From NCBI RefSeq assembly GCF_964355755.1, contig NC_092678.1, positions 25,189,365 through 25,253,364 on the forward strand: a DNA stretch of 64,000 nt. Direction: 5' to 3'. Positions 48,668 through 62,611 of the stretch are shown here, in pieces. The notes under the pieces were generated by a model that was not told the origin of the DNA, searched no databases, and saw nothing but the letters and a program-made list of their open reading frames with translations. Position numbers and translations under genes: made by a program. Positions within the stretch are counted from its first letter, which is position 1. Each line of letters begins with the position of its first letter. This DNA is from Antedon mediterranea. Lineage: Eukaryota; Animalia; Echinodermata.

Positions 48668-49169
48668 GTAAGTGGGCCTAGAAATAATATTATTTTCATT
48701 GACTATAATATGACCTTTCTATTCTGTAGGTTGTTATTCAATATTTTCCATAATCATTATTAAACAAAATACAATATAAAAATTATGAATATGGTAGCTG
48801 TGTTGTAAACTGTAGGCCTCCTAGTTCCGCTCAGTTTTTCTAAACTACAGTATTACTTTATAGTAACACTATGTATCAATGGTAAACAGGCGATCGGGCC
48901 CAAGGTAGCTCGGGTCCATCATAATCATCACTATACCATGGGCCTAGGCCGAGAGAATAGGCCTGAGAGATAGCAGCACAATTTGAATTCTGCCGTACTA
49001 GTCTAATATTAATAAAGTAAATAAGTAGAGAAAGGCCAGATATTCTCCTTTTTCGGTAATTGAGTGTCGCATTCAATTCATTTTATATTAATTAATATTT
49101 TAATAACTAAAATAATTGATATTAATATTAACAAATATATAATTTTTTTTCTTAGAAAGTAATTAAAAC

Positions 49170-52100
49170 ATGGAACAAGTAGGCGTTGTTGCCAACTTAA
49201 TGGATGAAATCCCAAGTAGAAAAAAACAAATACAAATACTTGTTGATCTTTTTGGACAGGTAGGCCTAGATGAAAAATATGAGAGAAACACAACATAAAT
49301 GTCTAATAAATACAGTATAACTTTACTAAACACTCAGGATTCAAATACTTCAATTATGCACTTGTCAATTGTATGACCCACTATACGACCTCCAGGAGAG
49401 GTGCGTCATGGACGAGTCATTTACAAATAATTACTGACACAGGGGTGCGTCAAAAAACCTAGATGGTACGTCAAATCAATGACCAATGGTGTGTCAATGT
49501 CCGTCACTTTACCACTCAAAATATCATAAAAAACATGGTCACAGTGCATCAAAATGGGTGCGTAATGATCACCTAAAAGTAAGTCGCATTATTGACGCAT
49601 GGGTGCGTCATGGTATTCATAAGGTATGACGCACATCGGGCAAATGACGCATCTCTCCCGGGGGTCGTATGGTGGGTCATACAATTGACAAGTGCATTAT
49701 CACTGTACCAAATTTTAAAAAAAATAAATAACAATATTGCATATTATACAAGGCTGAATTTAAATTGTAAAATTTAAAATGAAACATTTTTTTTTCATAG
49801 AAAAACCATTATACATGTCCTGCTTTGTACATATTTGGCCATTCTGCTACCGGCAAGTCACTAATAATCAACTCGATTTTGACCAAGTTAGAGCTCCCTC
49901 ATGCTATCGTAAACTGTGTGGAATGTCACACACAACGGTTGCTGTATGAACAGATCCTAAACAAGGTCGCTGGATATCAAGCAGACCCTAGCAACAACTA
50001 CGGTTGCTATGCTAGATGCGACAATGCCAATGATTTTATGAGGTTGTTGAAATCAGCGATTGCTGAACGAGGAGCGCAAGAGGAAACGGTTTACATTGTA
50101 AGAATTTAAAACATTAGTTTACGTTTATTTTACATTTTAAAAGTAAAGATATAGTGTTACATTGCATGTTGTAACAAGCCCATAGCCCATTTTATAGAAG
50201 GTTCTTTGTCTATAAATGAGGCAAAAATTGTCATGCCCTAGGCTAGGCTAGTTAGGAAACGGTATACATTGTAAGAATTTAAAACATTAGTTTACGTTTT
50301 TTTACATTTTAAAAGTAAAGATATGTTACATCACGTGTTGTAACAAGCCCATAGCCCATTTTATAGAAGGTTCTTTGTCTATAAATGAGGCAAAAATTGT
50401 CATGCCCTAGGCTAGGCTAGTTAGGAAACGGTTTACATTGTAAGAATTTAAAACATTAGTTTACGTTTTTTTTACATTTTAAAAGTAAAGATATGTTACA
50501 TCGCATGTTGTAACAAGCCCATAGCCCAATTTATAGAAGGTTCTTTGTCTATAAATGAGGAAAAAAATGTCATGCCCTAGGCTAGGCTAGTTAGGAAATG
50601 GTTTACATTGTAAGAATTTAAAACATTAGTTTACGTTTTTTTTACATTTTAAAAGTAAAGATATGTTACATTGCATGTTGTAACAAGCCCATAGCCCATT
50701 TTATAGAAGGTTCTTTGTCTATAAATGAGGCAAAAATTGTCATGCCCTAGGCTAGGCTAGTCCGGCCCATTTGCCATTACTTTTGGTCTCCAGTTTGAAA
50801 AAGGAACGAAAGCTCTGTCTACACTATCAAACTTTATGCAACAAAAAAATGTGATGTGCCCATATATGACATGATGATGATATATCAATACCATATTTTG
50901 GAATATCACTACCATTTTTGGGCACATCACACTTTTTTTGTCAAACTAGTTTGATAGTGTAGACAGAGCTTTATATAAAAACAGGCTTGTATAATTTAGA
51001 CTATAAACAGTGATATAAAGTAAGATTTAATTTATTTACTGTTCTACCATTTCTTGTGAAAGGTACTTGATAAAGCAGAGCGCTTACGAGACATGCAAGC
51101 CAACTTGTTGCCTGGCCTACTGCGTCTATCTGAGTTGTCACACTGTAATGTCTGTGTCATCCTTATCAGCCAATTGGTCTGGGCTAAATTCCGCACAGGT
51201 ACTGGCTTTGCAGAGCCCATCATTCTACACTTTCCTGATTATTCAAAAGGTTGGTTTAATTTTAAAATATTTTTTTTTTTTTTTCAGATTTTAAGACAAT
51301 ACTTTAACTCATTCATTCAAGAATTAAGATTTCTTTTTTTTAAAACATTACGCATCATCATCATCACGAACGCTGAAACATCTTGCGACACAGCACACTT
51401 AACAAGACTTCTCCAATCAGAGAGATTATTGGCCAAAGTGTGCATAGACTTATTTATTTTTCTTTTCGTATCATTTTCTATAATTGTTGTCCATGTGGTT
51501 AAACATAACATAACATATGTAAAATTATAAGGAATAAACAAAAAGAAACCTTGTGAATGGCAAGCCTACATATTTATGATGGAATGATGGGCCTATTAAC
51601 AATATAATGATAGTGTATGTACTCGGCCAGAGTATTTTTGATCCAGTATTGTTCTTAACTATTGTTCTAAACTTGTTTGACAAAAAAAAAGTGTGATGTG
51701 CCCAAATATGGTAGTGGTATGACATCAGCATGTCCATATATGGTCACATCACACTTTTTTTGTCAAACTAGTTTGATTGTGTAAACAGAGCTTAATAATT
51801 CTTAAAATCATGCATTCCTTTTCTTCAGCTGAGCTTCTAGACATCATTTCTCATGATTGTCCTCCTGGGTACTCTGCTGACTTCTACTCGTCGTATGCCA
51901 ATCTGTTAATGAGTGTATTTTATATCGCATGCAGAGATCTCAATGAAATTAGGCATTTGGTAAGTAGTCTTCACTGCTTTGCTGAATTCAGGTGCACATA
52001 GAAAATGATGGTCCTGGTTATTTTGAACTGAATAAATGTGGACATGATTATGAATGTTTGGGTTTATTTCTTCACTCGCACAAAGATAAAATAATATACT

Positions 52101-54132
52101 GTAGTGTAAACCTGCTCATAGTAACCTCAAATGACACTTACGCTCAGTCAAACTAGTTTGATAAAAAAAAAGTATATATGTGCACATCACATTTTTGTCA
52201 CATAAAGTTTGTTAGTGTAAACAGAGTTTTAGTTTATATGGATCGTGTAATTGGTCAACTTCTTCTTTAAATGTAAAGAATAATCTTTATTCATTAAGTT
52301 TTTATTTTTTCTCAGGCTTTTTTAAATTTTCCAAAGTACATTGAACCGATAAACAAAGGGTTACTAACACAAGATAATGCACACAAATTGTGGAGAAATA
52401 TAGAACCTCATCTTAAAAAGGCTATGCACACAGTTTACCTGAGGGAAGTATCTAGGTAAGTACCATTTTGGGGTTAAACTGATGTTCCACTTTATTTACA
52501 GAATGTATTTGGGTCCATGACTTTGCCTCATACTATAGATTTTAATATAACCTGTCATTAGCAACCTTATATTTTCACAGGGCGGCTGTTGAGTCCAAAA
52601 GTTATTCTGTGCATGCTCAGAAATATATGAGCATTTGCTGAATGACTGTTGGACTCAACAGCTCATTGTCTGGTTGAGTCTGTGAAATTGAATGGTACTG
52701 TGCAATAATTATTTTAGTACCAAATAATAATTAAAGTTATAAAATTAGTTCACAGTGGGAAAGGTACCAACAAGAGGACTGTGAACAACCTGGAGTCCTC
52801 ACATGTTTATCTTCAAGGTCAAAGGTCGAGTTACCTTTCTATTCTAAGTACCTCCTTATTGCAGCCTATATGGCATCTTACAACCCAGCGAAAACTGACA
52901 GACGATTTTTTTCAAAGCATCACGGGAAAATCAAGAAGTCGTCCAAGGCTAATCCAAAAAAAGATGTGAGTACTTTGTCAAAGTCAGAGTGAGTCAAAAT
53001 ATGCCTGTAGAACCTTTAAATTTAGCAACTTTTGTACCATCTACCAACATTTTATTTTGTGGGAAATAGTGAGAGACAATGGCATGGTTTTTTCTTTCAG
53101 ACAAGCAGTCAACTGCTAGGACCAAAGGCCTTTGCCTTAGACCGCCTCATGGCTATTTTCTACAGCATTGTGGATGGAAAAGTCTCAGCAACTGCTAATG
53201 TGTTTTCACAAGTGAGTATAAAATGCACAGTTTATGTAAATTGTTATTGTTTTCATTGAATGTAGCAACACATTATTTATCAATGGGCTTTGAAAAATTG
53301 TTGGAGAGTTGAAATTTAATTTTTTTTTTTTTTTATTCAATTTCTGCTATATACAATACATAGAAAAAACAAAACAAATATAAAAGGCAAGGAAAGACCA
53401 ACTAAACACCTATGCTAGTTGGTGAACCCAGAACAGTGCACAGAAATAAACAAAACAAAAAAATTACATTTTACATTTTTAAGATCTCGTCACTTGTAAC
53501 GTTAAGTCTTCTTTGTCAAGTTGGACATGATGATCAACTAGATTCACCTCGTTATAAATGCACAGTTTCTCTTGACTTCATCCAGTCAATAGCAAGGTAA
53601 GTACTCTACACTTTCTTCAGTATTTCTTTGCAAATACTATAAATGACCAAATGATATTTTTTTTTTATATTCAGGCAAATTACCATAAGTGAATTCATTC
53701 ACTATCCTTCTTAAAGGTTACAAACATATACACAAGATGCTCTACATAAACAAAGTCTTATTACAAGTCTTTGTTGTTGTTTATTTGTTTAGTCATATGT
53801 ACATATGTTAATGTTTGATTGATATAAATGTCCAATTGAAAGAATTATTGAATTGAAACGACATGTGATGCTTGGTATTTTGTACCACTACCCCCTCTAT
53901 AGTTCATCTTTCCTCAACATTACAATAATTATTCAATACTTCAACTTTCTAATAGTTATGTTTAATTACTGTACTAAACATAATTAATGGTTTTTTTTTT
54001 TTTTTTCCCGAACAAAGACAAAGATAAGTGTAGACTTATAATACTTTAATTTATTTTTATTTATTATCTTTTTTAATTTTCAGGACAGTCAGTTTTGACA
54101 TCATTCGCTACCTCTATGACTTTGTGCAATAA
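49170..54132 (+). CDS. ORC5: Origin recognition complex subunit 5, multi-exon
   Basis: [12 protein letters not shown]; VNCVEC; [11 protein letters not shown]; [11 protein letters not shown]; [12 protein letters not shown]; [14 protein letters not shown]; [16 protein letters not shown]; [13 protein letters not shown]. Confidence 0.94.
49357..49696. mobile_element. Harbinger-type MITE family C with ~50-bp TIRs
   Basis: TGCACTTGTCAATTGTATGACCCAC / GTGGGTCATACAATTGACAAGTGCA; TTA on both sides. Confidence 0.85.
50081..50761 (+). repeat. ~170-bp tandem repeat (4 copies) beginning with an ORC5 exon end plus donor
   Basis: AGGAAACGGTTTACATT|GTAAGA-like starts at 50081, 50254, 50423, 50593. Confidence 0.93.
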
Positions 54133-55327
54133 GTTTTTTCATCCCAGAGGACGCTATCTGAAGATGTGGAATCTGTCGTCAATTAGCTGGTAGGAATTTA
54201 AATGATAAAATTGATTTTTATGACTAATTCAATTGTGACCACACTTTTTCCCAAAATACAGTAAATACAGAATTTATGCATTTGGCAATGTTCCTATGTT
54301 ATCTGTAAAATAAAAAAACTGTCCTTACCAAAGTTTGATAAGTAATACTAATATTTAATGACACCTGGCACAGGAAGTGCCACCTGCGTTTTGTGACAGC
54401 TGTGTTGTGTGACAAATGGTTGAAGTAGGTGTTGTGTGTTCTTTCACACAAGTACTGGGTTCAAGTCCCTGGGTGTGATGATATAAATCAAAATAAATTA
54501 CTTTACTATTTTGTACAAAAGTGTTTGTATGTTTGTTTCATTTGATGTTTCATTTTCCAGTAACACAACATTTCTAGTGAACAAAACTGGAGAAAATAAT
54601 TTGAAGTTTTGTGGTTTTATCAATTTAATGTGAAATGAGGCAAGTGAAACCATCGGCTATTACTGTTCCTGTTCTACAGAAATTTAATAAAGATCGCTAG
54701 CCTATGTTTATTGTACCCCCATGGATTCAGAAACAGTGATACACTTCCATGAGGACTAGACCAGAAGCCGAACCTAGGAATTATTATCGTGTTTCCTTAT
54801 AAATTATGAATCTTTTTTGTCCCTGTCAGAAGAAACAATATGTTAGTGAGCTTTAAGGTAAAACCATTTTTTAAGCTCTGTCTACACTATCAAAATTTAT
54901 GTGACAAAAATATGTGATGTGCCCAAATATAGGCACGATGATGTCATATCACTACCATATGTGGGCACATCACTACCATATTTGGGCACATCACTACCAT
55001 ATTTGAGCACATCACACTTTTTATAATTTAATTGGTGATCTGCATTGTTTTATATAACATTCAAGCTGTGGATAAATTATGTTTTTCTTCGGATCCGCCC
55101 TTGTTCAACGGCCAATTAAGGAGAAACGTTCGCTGCCAACAAAGAAATATTATGGGTGCTGTACACCCTGATTTAAGGTCTGTTTATAAATGGACAATGA
55201 GAGAAATGATGTTTGTTTTAGATTTATAAATTACATGATGGATTTAGTTGACACCTGTAATAATATTCTGGGTTTTTTGTACCTTAGAGGTCAGAGGTCA
55301 ACCTATTTATATACATACATGGGAATT

Positions 55328-55708
55328 TTGATTTTCAACTACCAACCTTCTAAAAAACCGAGATTTATTTGAGCACATTTCTTCAGATTATTTTAGTAGT
55401 GTACACATTTTGGCTCTTCCTCATAAGACAATATATCAAACATTTTAATTGCTTTTATTTTTATAATACTAGCGCCGAATATTTATAATTCTTTTACTTT
55501 TCTATATTTGATTTTTCAATTACCAACCTTCTAAAAATCCGAAGATTTATTTGAGCAGATTGCTTCAGATAATTTTAGATGTATAAATTTGTATTTTAAT
55601 ACAGTATACATTTTGGCTCTTCCTCAGAAAGCAATATTTCAGACAATTTATTTTCTTTATTTTTGTAATACCACTAGCGCCGAATATTAATAATTATATT
55701 ACTTTTCT
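55328..55708. repeat. Diverged ~180-200 bp tandem duplication
   Basis: TACCAACCTTCTAAAAA...TTTTGGCTCTTCCTCA...CTAGCGCCGAATATT present twice. Confidence 0.8.
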
Positions 55709-57557
55709 TGAAGGAAATATTTAAGTTATAACAGCTTGCATTGAACTGCATTAACACCCTAGTTCTCCCAGTGTTTACCTACTGCATATTTGTTGTTTTT
55801 CTTTACAATTGCTAGTTGTTGACTTAGCTCTGTAATGTTTGTTTTGGTTTTGATTGACTGCTGATTAAGTACAAGTGCTTATATACCAGTGTTTGCAGAC
55901 AAGGAAACAATTTATAAGTAAACTTGCTATTTGATCTTTTCTTCTTTCTTTCTTTACCTGTGTATTGAACTTGAAAAAAACTTTTGCCACCAAAATATTG
56001 ATATATTTTTAAAAATTCAATAATTTTTTTGTGTATTTTTTGCCAGTTGTTAATACTTAACTATTAATTAATTTTGAAAATTAAAATTTTGATAAACCTG
56101 GATAAAACAACTTTTTACTTTATATTAAAATTATTCTTAATAAGTTAAAATAAAATAAAAGTGTAATAAAATGACTAAATACCCCATTCATTTTTTCTAA
56201 AAAAAAGTATAATCTTTTTCAAATCTTTCTCATTTTTGGTATTGAAAACTTAAAATTGATAGGTACTTAGAAGTTGACATTCAAAACTAAAAGCCATCAA
56301 ATTTAATATGCTTTGATAGTCACTTGATCTTACCAAGATTACTTAAGCAAACAGTATCTGGCTTCCTGCTGTACCCATTGTGAATATTGGAGTCGTTCAT
56401 CCTGTAGAATATAACCCGCTAGGTCATGTAGCCTGCCCTCTAGGGAGCAGCATCTAACTAGGTACTCGCACCTCATTAGTGATATGAGATCTTGGCATTG
56501 GTGCTTGGGATAACCCATTCTGCAGTCACACAGGTAAGATGTACATAATTATTATATATTATATTTATTACATAATGCATATTATATATACATATTTATC
56601 TAAATACTTTACTTTATATACTATCTGATATTTTTTAATAATCTTCCAAACAATATAAAAATTTAATTTTCTTTTCTACATTTTTACTGGACCATTTTAA
56701 TTGTTAGATATTTATAATTATATATTATTAATATTAATTCTTTGTACTTTAAAAAAAATTGTCTGTATGTATGTATATCTGTTACCACTTAAGTTACCAT
56801 TTAGTCGACATTTTATTTTGATATGTTTGTTATATGTATTTTAATTTAGTTTAGTTAAGTTTAATTTAACTTCTAATGAAGTTATCTATTCAGTTTCAAT
56901 CAGAAATTAAATTGATATTATAATTGATAAACCTTAATAACATAGTGTCAGTCATGAAAACTCAAACTTTGCCTCTTTTAAAACATCAAGTTTGAGTAAA
57001 AAATATTTAAAAAATAAGTCAAAAAGTACTTTTACTTAATTTACCGTACTGTATTTTTTAGCACTACCTCGCTACTTTTTTATTTTTCTATTTTTTTCTC
57101 AATTCTGAACTTCACCAATCTTAGAATGTAATCCAATCTGATTGGTTAATGGGAATTGCTCTTTAAAATATCTCTCTTGTAGGTGAATGAGAAGTAAAAC
57201 CCATCAAGGACACACAGATAAAACCACAGCTGACTTATACCACGATTTTACTATTCCTTCTCAAGTTTCAATATTTAATCATCTTTGTTGGTGGAATGGA
57301 GTGTTTTCATTTCTTGAATTGCCGAACATTATAAAGCGTGAATAACACTACTTAACTCTCTTCAGTTGGTTCACAAGTTTCAGCAGCAAATCTGTCAAAG
57401 TACCTGTTTGTAGAACATCACAACTTCAATTTGATATGGAATATTATCAGAAGTTTTTGACTCTGTGAGAGGGGTACAGCATTATTTAAAGAAGCTAATA
57501 AATTCTGTGAGAAAGAAGACAATTCACCAGATAAACATCTTAAACAAAATGAATGAA

Positions 57558-60500
57558 ATGTATTCATCAACGAGACTCAAATATTTGGCGTTCTTCACAG
57601 TTCTGATCTCATCGTACATCAGAGTGTCATCAGCGCAGTTTCCATGCACATATCAAAAAGCGGTAGATCTTTCCCAATTTGACGGAACAGAACTTTCGCT
57701 CTCTGTAACCGTGGATGGAAATCCAAAACATTACAATCCAGAAGAACTTTATTCTGGTGAGTTTATTACTTCTTTAGCTATTTGAGTTTATTTACTTAAG
57801 ACTTAAGCATCATAATCCAATAGATTGATGTTCATTATTTTTGTAACTTTTCTTATTTCAATTTGTGCATAGCTAAAAATAAAAATTAAATTATTGACTA
57901 TCAAGGTCTACTGAAATTCTAATACAACACAGACCTAATTAATGACTTAATAAGGACTTAATTAATGACTTAATAAGGACTTAATTAATGACTTAATAAG
58001 GACCTAATTAATGACTTAATAAGGACCTAATTAATGACTTAATAAGGACCTAATTAATGACTTAATAAGGACTTAATTAATGACTTAATAAGGACTTAAT
58101 TAATGACTTAATAAGGACCTAATTAATGACTTAATAAGGACCTAATTAATGACTTAATAAGGACTTAATTAATGACTTAATAAGGACTTAATTAATGACT
58201 TAATAAGGACTTAATTAATGACTTAATAAGGACTTAATTAATGACTTAATAAGGACTTAATTAATGACTTAATAAGGACTTAATTAATGACTTAATAAGG
58301 ACTTAATTAATGACTTAATAAGGACTTAATTAATGACTTAATAAGGACTTAATTAATGACTTAATAAGGACCTAATTAATGACTTAATAAGGACTTAATT
58401 AATGACTTAATAAGGACCTAATTAATGACTTAATAAGGACTTAATTAATGACTTAATAAGGACCTAATTAATGACTTAATAAGGACTTAATTAATGACTT
58501 AATAAGGACCTAATTAATGACTTAATAAGGACCTAATTAATGACTTAATAAGGACCTAATTAATGACTTAATAAGGACCTAATTAATGACTTAATAAGGA
58601 CCTAATTAATGACTTAATAAGGACCTAATTAATGACTTAATAAGGACCTAATTAATGACTTAATAAGGACTTAATTAATGACTTAATAAGGACTTAATTA
58701 ATGACTTAATAAGGACCTAATTAATGACTTAATAAGGACCTAATTAATGACTTAATAAGGACTTAATTAATGACTTAATAAGGACCTAATTAATGACTTA
58801 ATAAGGACTTAATTAATGACTTAATAAGGACTTAATTAATGACTTAATAAGGACTTAATTAATGACTTAATAAGGACTTAATTAATGACTTAATAAGGAC
58901 TTAATTAATGACTTAATAAGGACCTAAATAATGACTTAATAAGGACTTAATTAATGTCTTCTTAATTAATTTAAATGTTTATTTCTTTCAGTAACAACAT
59001 CCTTAAGTATGCCATTTACCTTTATAATGATCAGTAGCGTGGAAGCAAACAAACAAACTGGTGACAATCACGTGTGCACTCCGGTTTTACAGAAACATTT
59101 TATGGTACCACAAACATCATACACGTTCCCTTGGACTGCACCATCCATAGGAACTGGATGCGTCGGCTTAGTGTGAGTAAAATCAGTTTAATGTTTTAAT
59201 ATAAAACAAATACTTATGTTTTCTTGAGAATATACTACATATTATGTGTTCATACTGGGGCTTTTTCAAGTTTAACTCTCCTCAGAGAGAGGAGGGAGAC
59301 TTTAATGTTCTGTATTATAGGCGTCGTCGTGGTCTTACAACTTAAACATTTCTTAATGTGCCAATTAAAATGTTCGTTTCTTGACAGCACATACAATAAA
59401 ATTTGCTAATAACTTAACATGTATTTGGTTTTCTAGACTTAAATAATAAAACATTTATAGAATTTATAGGGTTTTGTTAATACTGTAGTACAATGTACAG
59501 GTGAAAATATTGATGATCACATCAGATTTTATGCCCTAATGTAACGGTGTACCTATTTTCAAAATGTTATTACCCCCCATTTACAGAATATTTAAACAAC
59601 CTTGAAATTAGTTTCAGCTTTATTTGACCATTTTATATAACAAATGTTACAATAATTAGAATGGAAATCTCTGTTCGTAAATGTTAGTAACAATGCTTAT
59701 CTGGCGTTTAACCCTTAAGCACAGAATAATTTCCCTTATTTGCCATAAAAACATCCTAATGATCCTATATAAAGGAAGCTCTTGAACAAATATAACTTGA
59801 TTGTGGGCATCAATAATGAATATAAAGTGTGTCAGCTTTATAGTAGGTGAATGGCCACAGAGGAGGTGTGAATATTGTTTTATACAGATTTTATATCCAG
59901 GTGAAGGTGAAAATTAAATAGATATAGTTAGGGATCATTGTACCAGGGAGTTGTAAATAAGCCTCCACTGATTGTGATTATCTGTGATAATACCATATAT
60001 GGCTCTGTGATTTAGTGGTATGATACTCACCCTGTAAGCGAGAGATTGCAGGTTCGAATCCCGCCAGAGACATTTTTTCATACAACTAAAACAAATACGG
60101 AACTTTCACCAATGAGCTATGCTCGACGCGATTATGAGATCATGTTCCGAATATGAGCACTGTTCTCTGATTGTATTGCAAGTACTGCAGTAAACTAAAT
60201 TTTGTTTGAAATTATTAACTATGTTTTTTTTTTGTCCATCATACAAGCTGTCACTGCCTAATCAATTTCTGAATGCTCCGTATATTGTTATTACTCTGTG
60301 AAAAATTTTCTTTATTTTTTAATTAAAATCGCAAAAATCCTACACAAGAGTACATACTGTAAAATTTGTTTTCATTTTTTGTAACATAGTCTCTATGTAC
60401 TGAGCATAAATTACGTCATTCTGAATTTTCATTATTTTATACCACATGTATACTTGTCTTTTTTTTGTATATTAACAAATCTATACCTATTAATAGTGGT

Positions 60501-62611
60501 TACCATTATAACAAATGTACGATTGATTGAATAAAGTTCACATATAGTGAGTGGCTGAGTGGTTAAGACGGTGGAACCATAATTACGTAGCCATAACGTC
60601 AGCATGGGTGCGAGCAATAGCAATAACAAGGACTATATACCGGGCGCAGGTCTAGTGTACACATCTAGCTCATGTGCATCTTTCAAGACGAGTAGGGGTT
60701 ACCCCACCAGTGTACTAGTACACACACACAGCCACTGATCATAACTGGGACCTCTGGGAGACCAGTATAAATAAATAACAAATTCAATTCAAATATCTTA
60801 ACCATGGTCTTTATCAATGTGTTGATTTTGTTCTCCCTATCCCACCTTGCAGGGGTTAATGGGGCTATACACCTCATCTATTAAGCTATACCAAATGACA
60901 AACAGATTGACATAAAGTAGTTGATTTATACCCTTACCACACACAAACACATCTTGACCTCTACCCCTTACTTCTTCAAAACTTCAACACATGTTCTAGA
61001 ATTCCATGTTTTATTCTCATGCCTGGCAAAGAACTATCTCAAATATTGTATCAACTCCTAGTTAGAAAACATAAACATTTAATAAACATTGAAATAGCTA
61101 CTTAAATACTCCTAACCTTTCGTCACTTGTTGTTTGAAAGAAATGATTTAAAGACTATATTTAAATAATCAACTCGGGGAACATAAATATTAATAAACAC
61201 AAAAATATTTTGATCGATAAAAATGTTTACAGATTAAATTTCGTGAAATACTTGAAGAAATTAATTGAATGAAATTTTAGATTATAACTAGTAATAAAAC
61301 TGTTATTGTTTATTAATAAGACTTATATTAAGTATTTTGTTTTTAAACATTGTTTGTTCTGGAATGTTGCAAAACAAAAACAGTTTAAATTTTTTAAATA
61401 ATCACAAGTTTGACAATAGTCTTCCTATATTTCAAATCATTCACTCCTTTTTTTAGAATAATTTTTGTTTTGTATTGTTGGACAATTTTTTTAAGTCAAA
61501 TTGCCACAATTCTGCAGCTACTGCAGTACCATCACCTCCTGGTGAACATCTTTGTATGCATTCAGTGTATGTACTGATAGATATGTTTATTAGGTGCAGG
61601 TTGAAAACCGAGTTATCAGTAAATCCTTATAAACTGTTCCTGATCCTCTTACCTTATTAAAATACTCTGATTCACAGATTCTAGGCCAAGGCCCAAATAT
61701 GGTAGTGATATGGCCAAATATGGTAGTGATATGACATCATCATGTCCATATATGGACACTTTGAGATTCTAGGCCAAGGCTTAAGAGGTGTTGCTCTTAT
61801 ACAGATTATGTCTTTATGTTATTGGAGAAATATTCTTCATGGTTATATTAACTAAATGTTAGTTTTTAAACAAGAATCTTGAACCTTAATCACTGAATTC
61901 TGGTTTAGTATTTTCTATATTTTGTAGAGAATACATCAGCACTTGGGCTGCCTTTGTATTTTTATATTTGATTGTTTTATTGAACAAAGATACCGAGATA
62001 TTTATAAATACATTATTCATTTCAGAATTTTACGACAGTATAATAAGGAATGTTGTTATCTATCTTTCTACAGAGCCATGATTTTTTCACAATCATCCAT
62101 TTTGCTACAAAATACAATGTTTTATGAAATCTGTGAAGGTGGCGCTGCAACACGTCCGTCATTTGGTAAACATTTTTGTTATACTACTACCAGGATTTGT
62201 CTTATGACCAATTAGCACATACTTAAAACTCAAAAGAATGTTTAGTTTATCGTCCTGTATTTGGTGGGTTACTGTAGGTACTCACACTGTTAGTGTTAAA
62301 ATAAGTGTAATGCTAACTTAAAGAATGTCTTCTAAAAGCTAGCATTTCTAAAGTTGGATCGTATATCTATAAACTTTGACATATACTTCATAAAATGGGA
62401 CATTATTATAACTGTTATTATTATCATTAAGCTTTAAAATATGCTAACGGTTGTTAAGTTCAATAATTGTTTATCCCACTGCCTTGTAGCGATTTTTGAA
62501 ATAATAAACATGTCTGGAGATTTGTTCTTTTGCAGCTACGATCGATTCCGCTGGTGTTATTTTACGAGACGATTTTGAAGCAGACCCGAACTCTGCCCTC
62601 GATTATATTTG
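57558..62611 (+). CDS. RELN: Reelin, first four coding exons (about 57558-57757, 58992-59172, 62074-62165, 62536-62611); gene continues past the window
   Basis: Signal peptide; LSVTVDGNPKHYNPEELY; FPWTAPSIGTGCV (reeler domain); EICEGG; VILRDDFE...IW; exon phases are compatible. An in-frame upstream ATG at 57549 is also possible. Confidence 0.85.
57932..58957. repeat. 23-bp minisatellite GGAC(T/C)TAATTAATGACTTAATAA, ~44 copies
   Basis: Direct reading; ends ~35 bp before the reelin acceptor at 58991. Confidence 0.97.
60001..60071 (+). pseudogene. tRNA-like sequence (TGT in anticodon position); pseudo-tRNA or SINE head
   Basis: Cloverleaf with one mismatch in each of the acceptor, anticodon and T stems; GGTTCGAATCC; T7 run follows. 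Confidence 0.5.
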
